Source of the DNA: a virus
Virus record (IMG/VR): IMGVR_UViG_3300013233_000246
Location: 1-64,000 of that record
Strand: one strand, 5' to 3'
DNA: 64,000 nt
The position numbers and the translations under genes were made by a program. How positions within the stretch are numbered: the stretch's first letter is position 1; every line of letters begins with the position of its first letter. This document shows, piece by piece, positions 1 through 8,340 of the stretch. The notes below the pieces were generated by a model that saw nothing but the letters and a program-made list of their open reading frames with translations, ran no database searches and was not told where the DNA came from.

Positions 1-10
1 AATATATTGT

Positions 11-1510
11 TTGTTGAATAATATAACACAACTTCCTAAATGTGAGGTTTGTGACAATCATGTAAAATTTAGAAATGATGGTAAGTATGCTGGCTCATAT
101 GCGAATTTTTGTTCTAGAGGATGTATATCCAAAGGCAGTACGACCAAAGCAAAAAAGAGAAGCACCACATTAAAGAATCACGGTGTTGAAAATCCATTTC
201 AATCGGAAGAAATAAAAAAAATAATAAGAAAGACCATGTTAGATACCCATGGCGTTAAGTATCCACTTCAGAATCCTCAAATTTTAGAAAAGATGGAAAC
301 CACCATGTTGGATTTATATGGTGTTAAGAATGCTAGATCCAGTATCGAATTTAATACCAAAATCAAAAAAACAAACATGGCACGTTATGGTTCTGAAAAT
401 CCATTTAGTGCCGAATTGATAAAAAATAAAATCAAACAGTCGATTAAATTGGAACACGGTGTCGAACATATATCACAGAAACATATTTCCGAATTGTCGA
501 TGAACCTATTAAACAATAAAGAATGGCTACGCGAACAACACCATGCAAATAGTAGGTTATTGATTGATATTGCGGATGAGCTTGGTGTTACTTATACAAC
601 AGTTGGGAGATATTTAAAAAAATTTGATATAGATATTAAACATTATGGTACGTCTATAGCAGAAACAGAAATATTGCGATTTTTACAAGAAACCATACCT
701 GATGTTGAAATTAAAACTAACATTACATCTATAATAAAACCATATGAGCTTGACATTTATATACCAAAATATAAGTTAGCTATTGAATATAATGGATTAT
801 ATTGGCATTCTGAAGCAGCCGGTAAAGATGCCAAGTACCATTTAATGAAAACTCAAAAGTGCGAAGAACGTGACATTCGTCTTATTCATATTTTTGAAGA
901 TGAATGGAGAGATCAGCAACAAAAATGTAAGGATTCACTTAGGCACTTTATAGGGAAATCTGATAAAGGGATATATGCAAGAAAGACAACAATTTCCGAA
1001 ATAACATGGAAACAAGCTAAAGAATTTTTGAATGAATATCATTTATTGAATGAGGGCAAACCGGGTAATTATAGAATTGGCGCTTTTGATGAGAATAATA
1101 ATTTGATTGGTGTTATGGTTTTTGGACAATCAAACAATGAAGGTGGTGATTGTGCAACAGAACTTAAGCGATTTGTTACAAATAAGAAAAATAATCCAGG
1201 TTTAGGTTCAAAAATGTTCAAGTACGCAATAAAAGAAAAGGGGTATGATGAAATCATTGCATTTGTTGATCGTAGATGGTTTACTGGAAATGTAAAAGAT
1301 CACATAGGATTTAAAAAAATATCAGAAGTTGCTCCTTCTGTATGGTGGACAGATGGTAAAACCCGTTATCATAGAAGATTTGTTACAAGAAAAAAATTAA
1401 TTGTAGAAGGATATGATGATAATATGAGCAAACGTGAAATATTGGAATCTATTGGATATAGTAGAATATGGGATGCAGGAAAACTTAAACTTGGATGGTA
1501 TAGTACATAA
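11..1510 (+). CDS. Putative homing-endonuclease-like protein (Zn ribbon + KxGVEN repeats + HTH + PD-(D/E)xK/Vsr-like nuclease + C-terminal GNAT/Mom-like domain); probably 5'-truncated by the window edge
   Basis: CEVC..FCSRGC; repeats HGVENPF/HGVKYPL/YGVKNAR/YGSENPF/HGVEHIS; ELDIYIPKYKLAIEYNGLYWHS; C-terminal ELKRF..IIAFVDRRW. The frame is open back to the window start. Confidence 0.75.
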   Translation: MLNNITQLPKCEVCDNHVKFRNDGKYAGSYANFCSRGCISKGSTTKAKKRSTTLKNHGVENPFQSEEIKKIIRKTMLDTHGVKYPLQNPQILEKMETTMLDLYGVKNARSSIEFNTKIKKTNMARYGSENPFSAELIKNKIKQSIKLEHGVEHISQKHISELSMNLLNNKEWLREQHHANSRLLIDIADELGVTYTTVGRYLKKFDIDIKHYGTSIAETEILRFLQETIPDVEIKTNITSIIKPYELDIYIPKYKLAIEYNGLYWHSEAAGKDAKYHLMKTQKCEERDIRLIHIFEDEWRDQQQKCKDSLRHFIGKSDKGIYARKTTISEITWKQAKEFLNEYHLLNEGKPGNYRIGAFDENNNLIGVMVFGQSNNEGGDCATELKRFVTNKKNNPGLGSKMFKYAIKEKGYDEIIAFVDRRWFTGNVKDHIGFKKISEVAPSVWWTDGKTRYHRRFVTRKKLIVEGYDDNMSKREILESIGYSRIWDAGKLKLGWYST

Positions 1511-1535
1511 TATACGACAACATTCCAAAAAAGTT

Positions 1536-1561
1536 GATAAATACATTGAAACTCATAAATA
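1536..1561 (+). promoter_or_regulatory. Two tandem T4-type late promoters (GATAAATA, CATAAATA)
   Basis: Match the T4 gp55 late consensus TATAAATA at positions 2-8; upstream of the AAGGAG RBS of the head operon. Confidence 0.7.
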
Positions 1562-1574
1562 AAAGGAGAAGATT

Positions 1575-1736
1575 ATGTCTGACAAAGTACAATTAGATAA
1601 AATGCTTGACAACATAATAAAAGATAAAGGTGAACAAGCAGAAGTTCATTTCCATGATTATCTACAAGGCAAAATGCAAGATACATTATATGGAACTGCT
1701 GATGAAGCTGATGAAGCCGAAACTGAAAACGATTAA
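1575..1736 (+). CDS. Small prohead core protein (gp67-like), 53 aa, absent from the ORF track
   Basis: MSDKVQLDKMLDNIIKDKGEQAEVHFHDYLQGKMQDTLYG..; strong AAGGAG RBS; similar to the N-terminus of the next ORF; lies before gp21. Confidence 0.7.
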   Translation: MSDKVQLDKMLDNIIKDKGEQAEVHFHDYLQGKMQDTLYGTADEADEAETEND

Positions 1737-1756
1737 AAATTTAAAGAGGATTAAAA

Positions 1757-2167
1757 ATGGACAAAGCAAAACGACTTGAAGCAATTCAAAAAATGCTTGA
1801 ATCACTAATCAAGGAAGATACTGAAACGGCCAATAGTCATTTTAGTGAATATGTAACAGCAAAAACTCGCTCATTAATTCTTGGTGATGTTGAAGACGAG
1901 GCTGTTGTAGAACAATCTAAAGAATCAGCATTCAGTAACTCTGGAACTGTCATGGATGACGACGTTAAAGGTGACGTTAAGTTTAAGAATGGTGGTAAGA
2001 AAACACTTAAGAAGCATGGCAATTCTTCTAAAGAACTTGAAGATGAAGTTAAAGGAAACATAAAGTTTAAGAACGGTGGCAAGCAACCAGCTAAAGTTTT
2101 AGAACCAACTCCTAAGCCAGATAGTTTTGATGATGGACGTAGATATTCAAACGGAACTTGTGATTAA
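1757..2167 (+). CDS. Prohead core protein (gp67-like) with internal duplication
   Basis: N-terminal helix KMLESLIKEDTETANSHFSEYVTAK; repeat DDVKGDVKFKNGGK / DEVKGNIKFKNGGK; GAGG RBS. Confidence 0.6.
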   Translation: MDKAKRLEAIQKMLESLIKEDTETANSHFSEYVTAKTRSLILGDVEDEAVVEQSKESAFSNSGTVMDDDVKGDVKFKNGGKKTLKKHGNSSKELEDEVKGNIKFKNGGKQPAKVLEPTPKPDSFDDGRRYSNGTCD

Positions 2168-2168
2168 T

Positions 2169-2405
2169 ATGGAACTTGTTGATATTATTAACCTGAGCGA
2201 ACCATTGGAAGAAAAATCTAAACCTTCTTCTGGTCTTTCAAAAGGTGAAAAATCGAGTATCGTTAAAAAAGCCAAGAAAGGCGAAGACGTTGGAAAAAAG
2301 GGTAAAAACTTTGACAACGTAGCAGCTAAAGCAGCTAAAGAATATGGTTCTAAGGAAGTAGCTGAACGTGTTGCTGCCGCAGCAATGTGGAAAAATGCAA
2401 AATAA
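2169..2405 (+). CDS. Basic head-associated hypothetical protein
   Basis: KPSSGLSKGEKSSIVKKAKKGEDVGKKGKNF..AAAAMWKN domain typical of T4-like phages; ATG 2169 follows the previous stop. Confidence 0.6.
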   Translation: MELVDIINLSEPLEEKSKPSSGLSKGEKSSIVKKAKKGEDVGKKGKNFDNVAAKAAKEYGSKEVAERVAAAAMWKNAK

Positions 2406-2426
2406 GAAACATTAAGGAAAAGGATT

Positions 2427-3062
2427 ATGTCATCACAATTATTATTTGAAGAACTATCACCATCACAAGCAGGATTGATAACAGAATCCAGCTCAGATGG
2501 TGCCAATACATGGCTTAATGGTATTTTTATGCAAGGTGGTATTAAAAACCGTAATGGTCGTTTATACCCTATCAATGAAATTGCAGCTGCTGTTACTTCA
2601 GCTCAACAAAAGATTAATGAATCTAATGGAATATTTGGAGAACTTGATCATCCACAAACACTATCAATCAATCTTGATCGTATTTCACATGTTATAACTG
2701 AAATTCGTATTGAAGGTCAAAATGCAATCGGTAAAGCAAAATTACTTAGTACTCCAATGGGTAACATTGCACGTGAACTTGCAAATTCTGGTGTAGCACT
2801 TGGTGTATCCTCGCGTGGTGCTGGACAAGTAAATGAAGATGGTGGTGTAACTGGATTTAATTTTGTAACTGTAGATATCGTTGCACAACCATCCGCACCG
2901 CAGGCATATCCATCAACAGTAGTGGAATCACTTGATATGGCAAAGAATGGACATAACATTATAAGCCTTGCAGAAGACATGAAACGCGATGAAGCAGCAC
3001 AAAAATATTTCAAAAAAGAAATAGAAAAATGGATAAACACTGGACTTTTTGCAAAAAAGTAA
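2427..3062 (+). CDS. gp21: Prohead core protease
   Basis: GIFMQ..KNRNGRLYP, GELDHP, DRISH, GVSSRGAG, DIVAQPSAPQA motifs. Confidence 0.96.
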   Translation: MSSQLLFEELSPSQAGLITESSSDGANTWLNGIFMQGGIKNRNGRLYPINEIAAAVTSAQQKINESNGIFGELDHPQTLSINLDRISHVITEIRIEGQNAIGKAKLLSTPMGNIARELANSGVALGVSSRGAGQVNEDGGVTGFNFVTVDIVAQPSAPQAYPSTVVESLDMAKNGHNIISLAEDMKRDEAAQKYFKKEIEKWINTGLFAKK

Positions 3063-3104
3063 AATTTTAATACAGGTTTAGTGTGGCGGAAACCCGCATT
3101 CTAC

Positions 3105-3144
3105 AAGGGTTTTAGAATATCTATATATTCTAAAACCCTTTTTT
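3105..3144 (+). terminator. Rho-independent terminator (16-bp perfect stem)
   Basis: AAGGGTTTTAGAATAT-CTAT-ATATTCTAAAACCCTT followed by a T-run. Confidence 0.8.
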
Positions 3145-3154
3145 ATGCGTATTT

Positions 3155-3162
3155 CATAAATA
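3155..3162 (+). promoter_or_regulatory. Late promoter CATAAATA
   Basis: Late consensus upstream of gp22-gp23. Confidence 0.7.
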
Positions 3163-3225
3163 TTTATTAGCAAAAAACATTTTAACTGTTTGAAAATATA
3201 AACATTTATACATTAGGAGAAGATA

Positions 3226-4224
3226 ATGGAAGAATTGCTGCAAAAATTATTGGAAGCTGACATCCTTTCTGAAGATACAAAGAAAGATCTTGAAACCGCA
3301 TTCCAGACTAAATTAGATGAAGCCATCACTGCCGCAAAAGAAACCGCTGCTGATGATGTCCGTGCAGAACTAACAGAACAGTGGGTTGAACAACGTGATC
3401 AACTTGTTGAAGCTGTGGATGCAAAAGTGGACGATTTTCTTGGACGTGAAGTCGAAGAACTAAAAGAAGACATTGAACGTTTCCGTGATTTGGAAGCTGA
3501 ATATGCAGAAAAGCTTGTTGAAGCTAAAGCTGCTATGTCTGACGAACTTAAAGATGACTTGTTGGAACTTGTTGAGAAAGTAGATTCATTCCTTGAAATG
3601 CGTCTTGCTTCTGAACTTGATGAATTACACGAAGATCTTGAAGCACAACGTAAGAACGATTTCGGTCGTCGTGTGTTTGAAGCATTCTCTGAAGAATTCA
3701 TGGTTAACTATTCTGATGAAGAATCTGCTGAAATCAGCCTACGTGAAACACAAGAACGTTTACATGACGCTGAAGAAGCTTTACAAGAATCCGAAAAAGC
3801 ACGTGCGGAAGTAGATCGCCTTGTGGAAATGGAAAGAATTTTAGCACCTCTTACTGGACGCCAGAAAGAAGTGATGGAAGCAATCCTTAAAACTGTTGCT
3901 ACGGAGCAGTTGGAAGAAGGATATAAGACCTTTATTGGTCGCGTAATCCGTGAAAACGACTCAGAGAAGGAAGGTTCAGTACTAGCTGAGAAAGAAGATT
4001 GTGATGATGACGATGACGACGATGACGACAAGTCCGATAACTTCAAGAAGAAGTCTAAGAAGAAGTCTGATAAAGATGACGACAAGAAGAAAAAAGATGA
4101 CGACGAAGAAATGGAAGAAGGCGTACTAATCACAGGCGACAAACAGGAAATTATGGTAGAAGGTGTTTCTGTTGAAATGTCTGAAACTACTAAGAAACTG
4201 CGTATACTCGCCGGTATTGAATAA
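3226..4224 (+). CDS. gp22: Prohead core scaffold protein
   Basis: Acidic coiled coil between protease and capsid genes; FGRRVFEAFSEEF; poly-D/poly-K block; C-terminal KLRILAGIE. Confidence 0.88.
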   Translation: MEELLQKLLEADILSEDTKKDLETAFQTKLDEAITAAKETAADDVRAELTEQWVEQRDQLVEAVDAKVDDFLGREVEELKEDIERFRDLEAEYAEKLVEAKAAMSDELKDDLLELVEKVDSFLEMRLASELDELHEDLEAQRKNDFGRRVFEAFSEEFMVNYSDEESAEISLRETQERLHDAEEALQESEKARAEVDRLVEMERILAPLTGRQKEVMEAILKTVATEQLEEGYKTFIGRVIRENDSEKEGSVLAEKEDCDDDDDDDDDKSDNFKKKSKKKSDKDDDKKKKDDDEEMEEGVLITGDKQEIMVEGVSVEMSETTKKLRILAGIE

Positions 4225-4259
4225 GAATAATAACTTAAACCCCTAAAGGAGAAATTAAC

Positions 4260-5723
4260 ATGGAATCATTATTCGAAAACTGGAATGAAACCAAAGCAGC
4301 AATGCTTGAAGGTTTAGATTCTGGAAAACAAAAAATCGTTGGTCAGCTTTTGGAAAACCAAAAGTCTTCAATGATTACAGAAGAAGCTGCGGCTGGTGCA
4401 ACAAGTGCACATGACATCTCAGGCTTCCGTAAAATTTTAATCCCAATGATACGTCGTATTATTCCTGGCACTATTGCTACTGAGTTAGTTGGTGTCCAGC
4501 CTATGACTGGTCCTGTTGGATTAGTATACACGCTACGTTACCGTTATGCGGAAGCAGTAGCAAGTACATCACACTCTAACCCATTTGGTCTTCCAGGTGC
4601 TATTGGAGTTGGTGACGAAGTATTTGGTAATAGTTCACCTATCCGCCAATGGTATTCATCTGGTGCTGGTGATGGTGCTCCTGCTGGTGTAGCAGACGCA
4701 CAAGTTGCTGGTGCATCTGGTATTAATAGTGCCCCTAACGCAGAAACACCAATTTCTACAGCAGAAGGTACTGGTAATGCTTGGCCTTCAAGTCTTGGTG
4801 CTGCTGATACTTCACAGTTTGGTCCATTTGCTGAAAACGTTGCGGACTTAGGTCGAGGCGGCGTAGCTGGTTCACTACACGGTGGTTCTGGTAGCTTCTT
4901 GGAAGGTTCTGGTGGTCGTAAGATGACTATGGACGTTGTAAACCAAGCAGTTGAAGCTGGCTCGCGTAAATTACAAGCTGGTTGGACTATTGAAGCTATG
5001 CAAGATCTTAACGCACAGCATGGTCTTGACCTTGAATCAGAAATGACTCAAGCACTATCTGCTGAAATCGTTCAAGAAATTGACCAAGAAATCATCACTG
5101 ACTTACTTGCACTTGCTGGTACAGTTGATTCATTTGATGGTGCTGGTACAGGTTCTTACGGTACTGCTGGTAACTACACACCTGCTTATGTTGGTGACCG
5201 TCTTGCTAACCTTGGTGTTATTATCAACCGTGTAGCAAACGAAATCGCACGTAAAACACGTCGCGGTGCTGGTAACTACATCGTAGTTTCACCATTAATC
5301 GTTTCTATTCTTCAGTCTGCAAGCAAGTCTGTATTTGCGCCTGCTATTGAAGGTTCATTTAAAGGTCCAAACAACACTATGTTAGTTGGTACTTTGAACG
5401 GTTCAATCAAAGTGTATTCTTATCTTTGGAATCAAGTTGGTGCTGGCGTAGACTTAGGTCCAGCTTCTCCACAAGGAAATGCACAAGATACTATCCTTGT
5501 TGGTTATAAAGGTGGTAACGGTGAAACGGACACAGGTTATTTCTACTGTCCTTATATTCCACTAATGTCTTCTGGCGTTGTGGTTCACCCAACTACGTTC
5601 CAACCTGTAGTTAGTTTGATGACTCGTTATGGTAAAGCAGTATTCACCCATACACAAACATCCCTCGGTAATTCCGCAGATTATTACGGAAAAATCAATG
5701 TGGTAAACCTAGACTTAGCATAA
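4260..5723 (+). CDS. gp23: Major capsid protein
   Basis: LIPMIRR, VGVQPMTGPVGLVYTLRYRY, RKLQAGWTIEAMQDL, TRRGAGNY, YCPYIPL, TFQP..TRYG. Confidence 0.98.
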   Translation: MESLFENWNETKAAMLEGLDSGKQKIVGQLLENQKSSMITEEAAAGATSAHDISGFRKILIPMIRRIIPGTIATELVGVQPMTGPVGLVYTLRYRYAEAVASTSHSNPFGLPGAIGVGDEVFGNSSPIRQWYSSGAGDGAPAGVADAQVAGASGINSAPNAETPISTAEGTGNAWPSSLGAADTSQFGPFAENVADLGRGGVAGSLHGGSGSFLEGSGGRKMTMDVVNQAVEAGSRKLQAGWTIEAMQDLNAQHGLDLESEMTQALSAEIVQEIDQEIITDLLALAGTVDSFDGAGTGSYGTAGNYTPAYVGDRLANLGVIINRVANEIARKTRRGAGNYIVVSPLIVSILQSASKSVFAPAIEGSFKGPNNTMLVGTLNGSIKVYSYLWNQVGAGVDLGPASPQGNAQDTILVGYKGGNGETDTGYFYCPYIPLMSSGVVVHPTTFQPVVSLMTRYGKAVFTHTQTSLGNSADYYGKINVVNLDLA

Positions 5724-5735
5724 GCTAAACTCACT

Positions 5736-5762
5736 AAAGCCCTGTTTTTACAGGGCTTTTTT
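5736..5762 (+). terminator. Rho-independent terminator
   Basis: AAAGCCCTGT-TTTT-ACAGGGCTTT followed by TTT, just after gp23. Confidence 0.85.
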
Positions 5763-5800
5763 GTTGTCTATTGGGAAATAGTCCCGCCTAATACCATGTT

Positions 5801-5833
5801 GATAAATAGTATTATATATGATATAATACTATT
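5801..5833 (+). promoter_or_regulatory. Late promoter GATAAATA overlapped by a 13-bp inverted repeat
   Basis: GATAAATA 5801-5808; AATAGTATTATAT-ATG-ATATAATACTATT 5805-5833 just before the GGAG RBS. Confidence 0.55.
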
Positions 5834-5846
5834 AGTGGAGAATATA

Positions 5847-7520
5847 ATGCCAATAGCAAAAAATAAACAAGAAGAATTTAATAAACAATACATAAATGGT
5901 TTATTGAATGAAAATAGAATAAAATTATTAGAACCATTTACAGGCGCAAAAAAACACCATACTATGGAATGTTTGGTATGTGGTCATATATGGAGAGCTA
6001 CACCTATATCCAAACGAAGAAATTATAAAATTTATGGTAAAGGTGGTTGCCCACAATGCAATACGACCACTCGCGATACTGGATATAAAAAAATAAGAGA
6101 ACAAAATCTCAAAAAATTAAAAGATAGGGGAATTGTAGTTTTAACAAAAGATTATGATGGTAGGACATATCTTGATTATGATAACAACCCACATAAAAAA
6201 ATAAAAGTAAAAAATCTTAATTGTGGGCATATATTTGAATGTTCACCAAGTAATCTATTAAACGCAAAAACAGAGTGTGCAATATGTGGGCCACAAAACA
6301 GGGCGAAGCCATTAATACAGTGGTCTAAAAACAATTCCAAAGAATGGAAAAAAACAGCAGGTGAATGGGAAATATATAGGAATTCCGCCCATGAATTAAC
6401 ACGACTAGAATACAATAAAAATAAACATATTATAAATCCAAAGAATCTGCCACGTGGTAAAGCTGGTGTTGTAGGAGCTTATCATCTTGATCACATAGTT
6501 CCAGTGAGATTTTGTTTTGATAACAATATACCACTTGAAGTTTGTGCACATATATCCAATTTACAAATGTGTCCATGGAGAGATAATATATCTTCACGAA
6601 ATCACATAAAAGGATCGCTACCGCCAATGTTCTTACAGTATGTTGAAAGTGGAAAGCGTATCAAAAAACTGGCGAATAGTCTAAAAGTACAAATTTTACC
6701 CAATGCCAAGTTATTTTATCAATTGGATGATATCAACATTACACTTTATGATAAAAAATCTAAAGTGGGGATTGTTATAATACCGTTGGATAAATCATTT
6801 GCTAATATGAAAACTGCACATCTTTCTATGAAAACTATGCAAAAAAATAACATCAAACCATTTATAATTTTTGAAGATGAACTCAATAAAGATTTTATTG
6901 TTAATAAAATAGAACATTATTTAGGTAAATCCAATAAGAACATACATAGGATTCATGGCAGAAAATGCATTATTAAACAAATAGAATCTAAAGAAAAATC
7001 AAAATTTTTGAATACTTACCACATTCAAGGAAATGATAAATCCCAAATATCTTATGCCGCCTATCACGAAGACGAATTGGTCGCAGTAATGACATTCACC
7101 AAACCTCGTCCACTATTGGGATATAAAGATCCAGATAGAAGTGTGTATGCTGACATGTGGGAATTATCACGATTTGCAACTAATACAAATTATAGAATTC
7201 CTGGGATAGCAAGTAAGCTATTATCTACTTTTAAAAATGAAAATGTATGGGAAAAAATAATAAGTTATGCAGATAAGCGATGGAGTGTCGGGAATCTTTA
7301 CGATGTTCTTGGATTTACTATGGAAAAATCTAATCCCCCTGATTATTTTTATATTGTTGATGGTATACGAAAACACAGATGGAATTATAGAAAAGATAAA
7401 TTAAAAGAAATATTGTCAAATTATGACCCAAATATTACAGAATATGAAAACATGGAGAATGCTGGATATTATAGGCTGTGGGGATGTGGCACCTTGCGGT
7501 ACGTTCTTATAAATACTTAA
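5847..7520 (+). CDS. Zn-ribbon/HNH endonuclease-like protein with degenerate PD-(D/E)xK domain and C-terminal GNAT/Mom-like domain
   Basis: CLVCGH..CPQC, CGHIF..CAIC; YHLDHIVP..NLQMCPWRDN; C-terminal WELSRFAT..IISYADKRWS..YDVLGF; start at ATG 5847 after GGAG. Confidence 0.75.
   Translation: MPIAKNKQEEFNKQYINGLLNENRIKLLEPFTGAKKHHTMECLVCGHIWRATPISKRRNYKIYGKGGCPQCNTTTRDTGYKKIREQNLKKLKDRGIVVLTKDYDGRTYLDYDNNPHKKIKVKNLNCGHIFECSPSNLLNAKTECAICGPQNRAKPLIQWSKNNSKEWKKTAGEWEIYRNSAHELTRLEYNKNKHIINPKNLPRGKAGVVGAYHLDHIVPVRFCFDNNIPLEVCAHISNLQMCPWRDNISSRNHIKGSLPPMFLQYVESGKRIKKLANSLKVQILPNAKLFYQLDDINITLYDKKSKVGIVIIPLDKSFANMKTAHLSMKTMQKNNIKPFIIFEDELNKDFIVNKIEHYLGKSNKNIHRIHGRKCIIKQIESKEKSKFLNTYHIQGNDKSQISYAAYHEDELVAVMTFTKPRPLLGYKDPDRSVYADMWELSRFATNTNYRIPGIASKLLSTFKNENVWEKIISYADKRWSVGNLYDVLGFTMEKSNPPDYFYIVDGIRKHRWNYRKDKLKEILSNYDPNITEYENMENAGYYRLWGCGTLRYVLINT
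7508..7515 (+). promoter_or_regulatory. Late promoter TATAAATA with ATG 6 nt downstream
   Basis: Perfect T4 late consensus; no SD sequence. Confidence 0.7.
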
Positions 7521-7880
7521 ATGAAACTATATCAACTATTTGAAAATCCCACAGATTTTTCTAACCTCATAAAAGATAAGTATAACCTTACTACATTCTT
7601 TGTATATGAACGTCCTGACACAATAGCCCTAGATATGATAGAAGTGCCAAAGGCTGATCGCAAACAGGGTATTGGAACAGCAGTAATGAACGAACTTATA
7701 CAATACGCAGATGAACAAGGCAAAAGAATAGTATTGACCCCAGGACTTAAAGATGATAGGCATGGCACCACATCACGTGCACGCTTAGTAAAATTCTACA
7801 AACGCTTTGGTTTTGTTGAAAATAAAGGTAGAAATAAAGACTTCGCAATATCAGATGGTATGTTCCGAAATCCCCAATAG
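7521..7880 (+). CDS. GNAT family acetyltransferase with capsid-targeting-like leader
   Basis: RKQGIGTAVM (motif A), FYKRFGF (motif B); N-terminus MKLYQLFE. Confidence 0.85.
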   Translation: MKLYQLFENPTDFSNLIKDKYNLTTFFVYERPDTIALDMIEVPKADRKQGIGTAVMNELIQYADEQGKRIVLTPGLKDDRHGTTSRARLVKFYKRFGFVENKGRNKDFAISDGMFRNPQ

Positions 7881-7912
7881 GTTACATTTTTGTAAAGCCA
7901 AATAACCACAAT

Positions 7913-7920
7913 CATAAATA
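7913..7920 (+). promoter_or_regulatory. Late promoter CATAAATA
   Basis: Late consensus in an intergenic gap. Confidence 0.6.
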
Positions 7921-7951
7921 ATTATATCTATAAAATTAACTGGGATTTATC

Positions 7952-8284
7952 ATGAGTTTTGAATTAACCTTCAGACAATATCTTCAATCTAAAGACGCTC
8001 TTCGTGAAGCTGTTAATGAGACACCACAACAGACTAAAGAATATCTTGTAACCAAATATTGTAAGTTAGTAGTTGGTGAAAGTAAAGATAACAAAGAACA
8101 AATAAATCTAAAACCCAATAACAAGGTAATAGTTGAATGGTTATATGATGATATTGATAATCCATCAATAACCAATATAACTTTCGAGGGTGTGTGTGAT
8201 TCTATAGATAGTGAAGATCATACAACCTATTGGCAAACCTACAAATTACAACGTTGGTTGCTAAGAAATACAAATCAACAATAA
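7952..8284 (+). CDS. Hypothetical protein
   Basis: ORF downstream of a late promoter; N-terminus LTFRQYL resembles T4 internal-protein leaders. Confidence 0.65.
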   Translation: MSFELTFRQYLQSKDALREAVNETPQQTKEYLVTKYCKLVVGESKDNKEQINLKPNNKVIVEWLYDDIDNPSITNITFEGVCDSIDSEDHTTYWQTYKLQRWLLRNTNQQ

Positions 8285-8306
8285 TTACTATCCCACCGCT
8301 ACAAAT

Positions 8307-8314
8307 CATAAATA
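8307..8314 (+). promoter_or_regulatory. Late promoter CATAAATA
   Basis: Late consensus upstream of the neck operon. Confidence 0.65.
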
Positions 8315-8340
8315 CATCAATATAATCGGAGTGTTTATTG

